Shown piece by piece: positions 56,647-64,000 of a stretch of 64,000 nucleotides of DNA (the first letter of the stretch is position 1; each line of letters starts with the position of its first letter). The stretch covers positions 23,320 to 87,319 of the forward strand of contig JBNJEB010000001.1 of NCBI GenBank assembly GCA_051745425.1. Reading direction: 5' to 3'. Under the pieces are notes generated by a model. That model did not search any database and had not been told where the DNA came from. It was given only the letters and a program-made list of their open reading frames with translations. Source of the stretch: Bacillota bacterium. Lineage in GTDB: Bacteria > Bacillota > Halanaerobiia > Halanaerobiales > Halarsenatibacteraceae. The translations under genes were made by a program, and so were the position numbers.

Positions 56647-57516
56647 TTAAACTACTTCTGGTTCAGCAACTTTCTCTTTGCCTCTAAAAAAAACTGAAAC
56701 TGTTCCTGGACCAGCATGAGATCCAATTGCAGCACCTATCTCACCAACAAGAAATTCTTCAGTGCCAAATTTATTTTTAATCTTTTTTTGAATTTTATCA
56801 GCTAATTCAGGGCTTGCAGAATGATTTATTCCAACCATCTCAGTTTCTAATGCTAACCCTGACTTTTCCATCTCATCAATTAAAAATTGAAGCATCTTCT
56901 TTTTACCCCTAACCTTTGAATAAGGTATAATTTCTCCATCTTCAAAATGTAATATTGGCTTAATATTTAATACATTGGCTATTAGAGCCTTGCCGCCAGA
57001 AATTCGGCCCCCTCTTTTAAGCATTTCAATAGAGCCAACTGCAAAAATATGCTCCATATGAGCTGAACTCTCAATAGCTAATTCAATTAATTCAGAAAAT
57101 GATTTACCTTCTTTTAAGGCTTTTGCAACTCTTAAAACTGTCATTCCAAAACCTATAGAAGCACCTCGGGTATCAATAACTCTGATATCGTCACTTCCAA
57201 TATTTTTTTTTGCCAGGGCAGCTGATTGAAAAATCCCACTTAATTCACCAGAAAAACAGAGGGTTAGAACCTGATTCCCTTTATCTAACTCTTCTTTAAA
57301 GATCTTTTCATATTTACCTGGAGAAATCTGTGATGTAGAAGGCATAGCCCCTTCTTCTAATTTTTTATAAAATTCATTAGTTGTTAAAGTTTTTCCGTCA
57401 AGAAAACTTTCATCTCCAATATGTACCGGAGTAGGCAGCACTTTTATATCATACTTTTTAATTATATGATCCGGGAGATCTGAACAACTATCTGTTATTA
57501 TTTTTATTTGACTCAT
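56647..57516 (-). CDS. DegV-family fatty-acid-binding protein
   Basis: IKIITDSCSDLP N-terminus and DegV family sequence throughout. Confidence 0.85.
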   Translation of the reverse strand: MSQIKIITDSCSDLPDHIIKKYDIKVLPTPVHIGDESFLDGKTLTTNEFYKKLEEGAMPSTSQISPGKYEKIFKEELDKGNQVLTLCFSGELSGIFQSAALAKKNIGSDDIRVIDTRGASIGFGMTVLRVAKALKEGKSFSELIELAIESSAHMEHIFAVGSIEMLKRGGRISGGKALIANVLNIKPILHFEDGEIIPYSKVRGKKKMLQFLIDEMEKSGLALETEMVGINHSASPELADKIQKKIKNKFGTEEFLVGEIGAAIGSHAGPGTVSVFFRGKEKVAEPEVV

Positions 57517-57575
57517 AATAAGCCTCCTTTTTACATGCTACCTTAATTATTCAAGTAAACTCCGAAAATTCCTCC

Positions 57576-57872
57576 TTATTGAGGTATATTATATCCAGAT
57601 ATTTCAGGGTTTTCTCGATAAAGTAGAGCTACATTACCTATTACCTGAACTACACTTGATTCTGTTAATTCAGCCAATTTATTAGCAGATTCTTTAGCTG
57701 ATAATTGATTATTATCTAAAACTCTCAATTTAATCAATTCATGGTCTGTTAATAATTCTTCTGTTTTATCAATAGTTGATTCTGAAAGACCATCTTTTCC
57801 TATCTGTAATAAGGGGTCCATCCCATGGCCTTCTGCTCTTAAATAACTTCTATCTTTGCCAGTTAATTTCAT
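57576..57872 (-). CDS. yhbY: YhbY-family (CRM domain) RNA-binding protein
   Basis: LTGKDRSYLRAEGHGMDPLLQIGKDGL is the YhbY pattern. ATG 57870-57872 lies behind GGAGGTG. Confidence 0.8.
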   Translation of the reverse strand: MKLTGKDRSYLRAEGHGMDPLLQIGKDGLSESTIDKTEELLTDHELIKLRVLDNNQLSAKESANKLAELTESSVVQVIGNVALLYRENPEISGYNIPQ

Positions 57873-57890
57873 TAATAACACCTCCTATTT

Positions 57891-59180
57891 CTATAGAATA
57901 TAATCAAATTCTAATCCTCCTACTCTTACTGTTGAGCCAGAAGGGATATTTTTGTCAGCTAAGAGATCATATAAACCTTCTTTTCTAAGAATATGAATCA
58001 TTCTTCTTACAGCAGCATCATTACTCATATCTGTCCTGCTAATAAGCCTTTTTACCAGTTCACCACTAACTTCATAATATTTATCACCTATTTTTTCTAC
58101 AGTTAATTCTGGCCCTTCCTCCTGGAAATCCGGGGTGATAACTACCATCTCATCTTCTTTGGATTCTTTAATTTCTTCAGGTACCTCATATTCAGAAATT
58201 AATCTTCCTAGATCTTTCTTTAATACTTTTATACCTTCTCCAGTAACCGCTGAAATAGGATAGACTTCATAGCCTCCATCCTGAAAATATTTCATTAATT
58301 CAGCAATTTCTTGACGGTCATTAAAAAGATCAATTTTATTTAGGACAACTATCTGAGGTAATCTTGATAATTTTTTACTAAAACTTCTTAACTCATTACT
58401 TATCTTTTTAAAATCTTCTTTTGGATCTCGACCTTCAATACCAGAAGCATCAATTACATGTGCCAAAATTTTTGTTCTTTCTAGATGACGTAAAAACTCA
58501 TCACCTAAACCCTGTCCTTTATGAGCTCCTTCAATTAATCCAGGAACATCAGCTACTACATAAGAAGAATATTGGTCATATTCTACAACTCCTAAATTAG
58601 GAGTAATTGTAGTAAAATGATAGCCGGCAATTTTAGGCCTGGCTGCTGATATCTTTGATATTATTGTTGATTTACCAACATTAGGAAAACCAACAAGGCC
58701 CACATCTGCGAGGATTTTTAATTCAAGTGTCAGTTCTTTTTCTTCTCCTAACTGACCTTCTTCAGCAAATTTAGGAGCCTGGCGGGTTGAACTTTTAAAC
58801 CTGGCATTTCCCCTGCCCCCCTGGCCACCCCTAGCAACAACAAATTCTGATTCTGGTTCAGTTAAATCAACTAGTTCCTTACCAGTGGAGTCATAAATAA
58901 TTGTTCCTGGAGGAACATTTAAAATTAGATCTTTTCCTTCTTTACCAGTCTTTCCTTTTTCCTGGCCTCTTTTGCCATCCCTGGCTTTATAAATATTATT
59001 ATATCTTAAATGACTTAAAGTATTTAGACCTTTATCGACTTTTAGGATAACATCGCCACCATCACCGCCATCGCCGCCATTCGGTCCTCCCTGAGGTTCA
59101 TACTTTTCACGACGAAAACTAACTGCTCCATTACCTCCGCGGCCTGCCTTTACTTTAATTTCAATTTTATCTATAAACAT
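57891..59180 (-). CDS. obg: GTPase Obg
   Basis: Gly-rich Obg fold, G domain (GFPNVGKST, DVPGLIEGA, NKID), and a C-terminal OCT domain. Confidence 0.95.
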   Translation of the reverse strand: MFIDKIEIKVKAGRGGNGAVSFRREKYEPQGGPNGGDGGDGGDVILKVDKGLNTLSHLRYNNIYKARDGKRGQEKGKTGKEGKDLILNVPPGTIIYDSTGKELVDLTEPESEFVVARGGQGGRGNARFKSSTRQAPKFAEEGQLGEEKELTLELKILADVGLVGFPNVGKSTIISKISAARPKIAGYHFTTITPNLGVVEYDQYSSYVVADVPGLIEGAHKGQGLGDEFLRHLERTKILAHVIDASGIEGRDPKEDFKKISNELRSFSKKLSRLPQIVVLNKIDLFNDRQEIAELMKYFQDGGYEVYPISAVTGEGIKVLKKDLGRLISEYEVPEEIKESKEDEMVVITPDFQEEGPELTVEKIGDKYYEVSGELVKRLISRTDMSNDAAVRRMIHILRKEGLYDLLADKNIPSGSTVRVGGLEFDYIL

Positions 59181-59204
59181 AGAATCACTCCTGTAGGCTC
59201 GATA

Positions 59205-59235
59205 TAAAAATCCCCCAGCACCATGTACTGAGGGA
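59205..59235 (-). terminator. hairpin/partial terminator between rpmA and obg
   Basis: 8-bp minus-strand stem UCCCUCAG...CUGGGGGA followed by UUUUUAU. Confidence 0.5.
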
Positions 59236-59260
59236 GTTTAAAGAATATTCAAAACAGTAT

Positions 59261-59539
59261 TTATTGAGCCATGACTTCATACTGTTCTGGAGTATAAACG
59301 CTAATCTTGCGTTTCTTCTTACTAGGTCTTTCAAAATTTACGTATCCGTCTACTTTGGCAAAGAGGGTATCATCATTGCCCCGGCCAACATTAAAGCCTG
59401 GATGAAACTTAGTTCCACGCTGTCGGACCAGGATACTGCCGGCAGTAACAAATTCTCCACCGAATTCTTTTACTCCAAGTCGTTTCGATTCACTATCGCG
59501 ACCATTCTTCGAACTACCAACACCTTTTTTCGTTGCCAT
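59261..59539 (-). CDS. rpmA: 50S ribosomal protein L27
   Basis: [24 protein letters not shown] is the canonical L27 N-terminus, without the Firmicute propeptide. Confidence 0.95.
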   Translation of the reverse strand: MATKKGVGSSKNGRDSESKRLGVKEFGGEFVTAGSILVRQRGTKFHPGFNVGRGNDDTLFAKVDGYVNFERPSKKKRKISVYTPEQYEVMAQ

Positions 59540-59593
59540 TAATCCTCACCCCCTGTATCTGAATATAAAATCTATTTATATTTGTTTTAATTA

Positions 59594-59905
59594 TTATCCA
59601 TCTATTGAATCAATTCTAATTCTGGTGAAAGGTTGTCTATGTCCAGTCTTGGTACGTTGACGACTTTTAGGCTTATATTTAAATACAGTAACTTTTTTAT
59701 TTTTACCATGCTCTAAAACAGTTGCTTCAACCCTGGCATCTTCTAAGAAAGGTTGCCCAACATTTAAACCTTCATCGCCAGAAATAGCAAGTACCTGATC
59801 AAAATTAATATTTTCTCCTTCAGGAACTGTTAATTTTTCAATTTTTAAAATATCACCTTCATTAACACGATATTGCTTTCCACCAGTTTTTATAATTGCA
59901 TACAT
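59594..59905 (-). CDS. rplU: 50S ribosomal protein L21
   Basis: [14 protein letters not shown] from ATG 59903-59905, 8 nt after AAGGAGG. Confidence 0.95.
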   Translation of the reverse strand: MYAIIKTGGKQYRVNEGDILKIEKLTVPEGENINFDQVLAISGDEGLNVGQPFLEDARVEATVLEHGKNKKVTVFKYKPKSRQRTKTGHRQPFTRIRIDSIDG

Positions 59906-60050
59906 AAAATCCACCTCCTTTACCTCAGACTCGCCAGTTCAGGGAGACATTGCTGTCATTTATGCTAGCCCTTTCCTGTGCGGTTTTGGTCAGGTAGGCA
60001 CTAATTTTAGTCCCTACAGGATAAAATACTATCATATAAACCTATTAAAG

Positions 60051-61745
60051 TCAAGAATTTGATAATAGTTTTGCTTTAGCATAAGTTCTATGAACTGAGT
60101 CAATTTTAACCCGACATTCCTGGCCTACTTGATCCCCTGCATTCTCAACAATAATTATATAACCTTTATATCTACTAATCCCAGAAGAACTATTTTCAGA
60201 ATGCTGGTCTTCAATTTTTAATCTATATTTTTGGCCAGATTTAACAGGCAAAGCAAGATTCTTTAATTCTTCTTTACTCCCCTTTTTGATAACCTCAAAA
60301 TCTTCACGATGTAATTCGTTATTACCTCGAATATAAATATCTTTATTCAAATCTTTTTCTAATTGATTTAACTTCTCGCCGCCATTACCAATTAAAACAG
60401 CAGCTACATCTGGATGAACCTCACATAATATTGCCTCAAAATTTTCCTTTGAAGACAATGAATTAAGTTCTCTTATAACTTTAAAAGCCATTGTAGTTTC
60501 AGCAACTATCCTACCTGTACCTTCACAATATGGACATTCTTTTTGAACTAACTCACTCAATCTTTCTCTAACCTTTTTCCGAGTCATCTCAACCAGCCCA
60601 AGCTTTGTTAAGCCTAATATAGATGTCCTGGTCCTATCTCTTGCCAGTTCCTGTTCAAGAACTTCAAGGACTTTCTTTCTGTTAGATTCAATATCCATAT
60701 CAATAAAATCTATAATAATTATTCCGCCAATATCTCTCAATCTTAATTGTCTGGCAATCTCTTTGGCCGCTTCTAAATTTGTTTTAAAAACTGTATCCTG
60801 TAAATTCTTTTTACCAACAAATTTACCTGTATTAACATCAACCGCAACTAAAGCCTCTGTTGAATCAAAGACAACATGCCCACCTGATTTAAGCCAAACT
60901 TTACGACGCATTAATTTATCTAATTCCTGTTCTATTCCATAGGTTTCAAAGATAGGCCTTTCTCTTTGATATAAAAATATCCTGGAATTAATATCTGGAT
61001 CAAGTCTTTCTGCAAATTCAGAAAGATTTTTATAATCTTCTCTATCATCAATTACAACTCTATCGATATCAGAACCCAAATGGTCTCTAACTATTTGGTG
61101 GATTAAATTAATATCGCTATGAAGAAGCTTTGGAGCCCTGGATCTTTTATAACGAGATAGAATCCTTTGCCATAATGAATTTAAAAAGTTATAATCCATC
61201 TTCAAAAGTTTTTTATCTTTATTGGCAGCATTAGTCCTAATAATAACACCTGTATTGCCATTTATTAAATTTTTAGTTATATTTTTCAGTCTGCCTCGTT
61301 CCCCATGATCTCTAATTCTCCTGGATATATTTATTCTATTCTCATTCGGGAGAAAAACATAATATCTGCCTGGAAGACTAACTCGGCAGGTTAACTTAGG
61401 TCCCTTCTCACCAATAGGTTCTTTAGTTACCTGAACCATAATTTCCTGACCAGGATTTAATACATGATTAATTTTCAATCTTCTTTTAGAAAACCTTTTT
61501 CTCTGTTTATCATTAAATAACGGATAAGCATCATTTATATGAAGAAATCCATTCCGATCACTGCCTATATCTATAAAGGCAGCCTGCATGCCTGGAAGTA
61601 CATCCTTAACTTTACCCCGATATATACTTCCTTCATTACGTTCATAGGTATCTCTTTCAAAAAACAGATTGTCTAACTTGTCATTAACTAAAATTGCTGC
61701 TCTCTTTTCACGAATACCTGAATTTATTAAAATCTTCTTACTCAC
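60051..61745 (-). CDS. rng: Rne/Rng-family ribonuclease (RNase G-like)
   Basis: N-terminal S1 domain (GSIYRGKVKDVLPGMQAAFIDIG) plus the RNase E/G catalytic core. No long C-terminal scaffold. Confidence 0.85.
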   Translation of the reverse strand: MSKKILINSGIREKRAAILVNDKLDNLFFERDTYERNEGSIYRGKVKDVLPGMQAAFIDIGSDRNGFLHINDAYPLFNDKQRKRFSKRRLKINHVLNPGQEIMVQVTKEPIGEKGPKLTCRVSLPGRYYVFLPNENRINISRRIRDHGERGRLKNITKNLINGNTGVIIRTNAANKDKKLLKMDYNFLNSLWQRILSRYKRSRAPKLLHSDINLIHQIVRDHLGSDIDRVVIDDREDYKNLSEFAERLDPDINSRIFLYQRERPIFETYGIEQELDKLMRRKVWLKSGGHVVFDSTEALVAVDVNTGKFVGKKNLQDTVFKTNLEAAKEIARQLRLRDIGGIIIIDFIDMDIESNRKKVLEVLEQELARDRTRTSILGLTKLGLVEMTRKKVRERLSELVQKECPYCEGTGRIVAETTMAFKVIRELNSLSSKENFEAILCEVHPDVAAVLIGNGGEKLNQLEKDLNKDIYIRGNNELHREDFEVIKKGSKEELKNLALPVKSGQKYRLKIEDQHSENSSSGISRYKGYIIIVENAGDQVGQECRVKIDSVHRTYAKAKLLSNS

Positions 61746-61748
61746 ATC

Positions 61749-62450
61749 TTATCTCTCCTCCAAAACCTGATCTCTGAGCGGGGAAACTATTTTATCCCCT
61801 ATTTCCACAAAAAGTCCTGACCGATAAAAATCTATTACAGAATGATCAGGTATTTCTGATTCTAATTTCTGTAAAGCTTTAATAATTTCCTCAGGACGAA
61901 CATTCCCTGTACTGCCTGTACTTACCAAAAATGAAATTTTATCATCTGCTAAAACTTTCGCATCAAAAATTAGCGGTCTGATATCATATTCTCTATTTGA
62001 TTTGTTTCTCCTTTTTCTAACAACAATAATTTCATCTTTTTTCATTAATGCTTTAACTAATTCATTACTATTCTCTTTTAATTTACCTTTAGCTGTAATA
62101 TGATACTCTGCTCTATTTAAAAGTGCCTGTAAAGATTTTAAACCAGTCTGATCAGGTATATATCTAGCCTCTAATATCTTTAAACCTTCAGGCAGAAATG
62201 CATTTAATCTAGCTTTAAAACTTTCTCCAGTAATAGATTTAGTTATTTCTATATCCAGGAACTCACCTCCACCAGCCATTCCAACTGGTAAGGGCTGAGA
62301 AAGAGATAAATTTAAAGTCGGATTAAATCCCTGACTGTAAGAACCTGGTAGGCCAGCTCGCCTGATACCTTTTCTAAAAGTATCCATTATCTCTAGATGA
62401 GATATATATCTTAAATTATGATATCTAGCATATTTTGCTCTAATCAACAC
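61749..62450 (-). CDS. radical SAM-associated protein (DUF2344/TIGR03936-like)
   Basis: 233 aa. RYISHLEIMDTFRKGIRRAGLP...SQGFNP pattern. Its start overlaps the stop of the upstream radical SAM gene. Confidence 0.7.
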   Translation of the reverse strand: MLIRAKYARYHNLRYISHLEIMDTFRKGIRRAGLPGSYSQGFNPTLNLSLSQPLPVGMAGGGEFLDIEITKSITGESFKARLNAFLPEGLKILEARYIPDQTGLKSLQALLNRAEYHITAKGKLKENSNELVKALMKKDEIIVVRKRRNKSNREYDIRPLIFDAKVLADDKISFLVSTGSTGNVRPEEIIKALQKLESEIPDHSVIDFYRSGLFVEIGDKIVSPLRDQVLEER

Positions 62451-64000
62451 TGTCGATCACCTGACTATCTTCCAGACATAAACCTGAATAAGGTTCAGAG
62501 CAGACACCGCAGTCACTACAATAACTCCAGCGACAATCAGGAGTTTCCTCCATAGTAAATGACTTTTTATATTCATTTCTTAAAAATTCTTTATTTACTC
62601 CTGGTATCAGGTGCTCCCAGGGCAGAGGTTTCTCTGGGTTTTTCTCGCCAAGAATACTTTCAATTTCAATATTAAATTTTTCTAAAGCTTGAAACCATCT
62701 TTCAGGATAAATATTTTCATTCCAACCCTCCAGACGACTCCCCTGCTGCCAGACATGATAAATCACATCTGAAATTCTCCTATCACCCCTGGCAATTAAT
62801 CCCTCCAGCCTGCTAACTTCTGGATCATTCCAATCAAAATTTATACCTTTCTTTCTCAAATGTTTCTGAAGAAAACTGATTTTCTTTCTGATTTCAGAAA
62901 GAGATGTCATTTTAACCCACTGAAATGGTGTGAATGGTTTCGGAATAAAAGTAGTTACATTAACCTGAACCTCAATCTTTTTCATTTTTTGATCAGTGTT
63001 CTTTCTAATCTCCTGACCAATTTCCAAAACTTTTTTAGCCATGTCAGCTATTCCTATAAGATCTTCTTCAGTTTCTCCAGGCAAACCTAACATAAAATAT
63101 AGCTTAATTCTATGCCAGCCATAGGAAAAAGCTGCCTGAACTGACTTATATAAATCTTCTTCTTTTATACCTTTGTTGATTCTTTTTCTTAATCTATCAG
63201 TTCCAGCCTCTGGAGCAAAGGTTAAGCCACTTCTTCTAATCTTTTGAACATTTCTGGCCATTTCTACTGAAAATTCATCAACTCTTAATGAAGGTAATGA
63301 TATACTAATATTACTTGAATCATACCTCTCAGTCAACTGATCTAAAATCTCCTTTATCTTAGTATGATCAATTGTACTTAAAGATGCAAGGGCAATTTCA
63401 TCATAGCCAGTACTGGCCAGAGTATTGTCTGCAAGTTCAATGATTTTCTCCACAGACCTTTCTCTTGTAGGGCGATATGTCATACCGGCAGCACAGAACC
63501 TGCAACCCCTCTGACAACCTCTAGATACTTCTATAACAGCCCTATTGTGAACTATTTCCATATAAGGAACTATATAATCTGTTGGGCAATAAGCTTCATT
63601 TAAGTCTTTAACCTGCTGTCTTTTTACTTTTGTTTTAATATCATTATTTAATGGCTTTAATCCAGTGTATTCCTGACCATTATATCCAGGTTTATATAAT
63701 GATGGCACATAAACTCCTGGCAAATCAGAAAGTTTTTTCAAAATGATATTTCTTTCCAGGTCATCCTCTTCCCAGGATTTTAAGGCGCTAATTACTTCAA
63801 GTAAATTCTCCTCTGCTTCACCAATATAAAAAAAGTCAATAAAGGGCGCAAGGGGTTCTGGATTAAAAACAGTTGAACCACCAGCCATAACAAATGGATC
63901 GTTTTGAGATCTTTTTGAACTATACACAGGAATTTTACCTAATTTTAACATATTTAATATAGTTGTATAACTCATCTCATATTGAAGAGTAAATCCTAAT
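62440..64000 (-). CDS. B12-binding-domain radical SAM protein (TIGR03960-like), N-terminus beyond the right edge
   Basis: Radical SAM CQRGCRFC. The frame stays open upstream of the ORF-track Met to the window end (LGFTLQYEMSYTTILNML). Confidence 0.75.
   Translation of the reverse strand, partial: LGFTLQYEMSYTTILNMLKLGKIPVYSSKRSQNDPFVMAGGSTVFNPEPLAPFIDFFYIGEAEENLLEVISALKSWEEDDLERNIILKKLSDLPGVYVPSLYKPGYNGQEYTGLKPLNNDIKTKVKRQQVKDLNEAYCPTDYIVPYMEIVHNRAVIEVSRGCQRGCRFCAAGMTYRPTRERSVEKIIELADNTLASTGYDEIALASLSTIDHTKIKEILDQLTERYDSSNISISLPSLRVDEFSVEMARNVQKIRRSGLTFAPEAGTDRLRKRINKGIKEEDLYKSVQAAFSYGWHRIKLYFMLGLPGETEEDLIGIADMAKKVLEIGQEIRKNTDQKMKKIEVQVNVTTFIPKPFTPFQWVKMTSLSEIRKKISFLQKHLRKKGINFDWNDPEVSRLEGLIARGDRRISDVIYHVWQQGSRLEGWNENIYPERWFQALEKFNIEIESILGEKNPEKPLPWEHLIPGVNKEFLRNEYKKSFTMEETPDCRWSYCSDCGVCSEPYSGLCLEDSQVIDSVD

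Noticed and set aside
770-63090. Short ORFs from the six-frame track that lie inside, and mostly antisense to, longer conserved genes. They are 770-1105, 3245-3427, 4694-4882, 7369-7599, 8474-8737, 10407-10598, 13807-14001, 14529-14780, 16158-16466, 16932-17168, 18368-18691, 19028-19210, 21340-21579, 22852-23343, 26226-26435, 32539-32751, 37913-38119, 38704-38898, 39312-39611, 41026-41328, 41877-42077, 48806-49021, 49416-49598, 51952-52146, 54134-54373, 57776-57988, 59264-59542 and 62860-63090.
   Set aside because: Each is fully overlapped by a gene with clear family signatures. Their translations are low-complexity (S/L/I/F-rich) and lack an RBS. This is typical of shadow ORFs in AT-rich DNA.
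1-64000. CRISPR arrays, IS elements, rRNA genes and large repeats.
   Set aside because: Visual scanning found no regularly spaced direct repeats of 25-40 nt. It also found no transposase-like ORFs, no rRNA-like conserved blocks and no long duplicated segments.

Overview
AT-rich, gene-dense chromosomal segment with 64 supported CDS and one tRNA, from a low-GC Firmicute. The taxon cannot be fixed from this window alone. Read on the minus strand, the gene order is collinear with the B. subtilis yqe-yqf region as I recall it: yhbY ... nadD-yqeK, rsfS, comEA-comEC-holA, (rpsT), lepA-hemW-hrcA-grpE-dnaK-dnaJ-prmA-rsmE-mtaB, nfeD-floA, phoH-pgpH-ybeY, cdd-era, recO-glyQS, yqfL-like, dnaG. The right end carries obg-rpmA-rplU-rng and a radical-SAM pair. 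Recognisable RNA and regulatory elements are a tRNA-Arg(CCG), a Leu (CUC) T-box leader with a consensus promoter before leuS, a perfect CIRCE operator before hrcA, and several intrinsic terminators. I see no CRISPR array, integrase, transposase or known multi-gene defence system, and I cannot point to a clear-cut new multi-gene system. The observations most worth a second look are these. (1) selD is really a selenocysteine (in-frame UGA plus SECIS-like hairpin) gene that the ORF track truncates. (2) The KamA-family radical SAM enzyme carries the Lys/Asn substrate-pocket signature of glutamate 2,3-aminomutase rather than lysine 2,3-aminomutase. It sits in an apparent operon with a small membrane protein and a secreted 7-blade propeller. 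(3) An orphan promoter-to-terminator unit upstream of phoH contains five CCGGAG copies phased at exactly 11 nt. (4) A roughly 13-kb mixed-strand block (44.5-57.5 kb) splits the conserved yhbY-nadD linkage. It holds a PIN-like/coiled-coil protein, a DUF6075-like gene and a degenerate GGDEF protein. All family assignments come from motif reading by eye. No database search was run.
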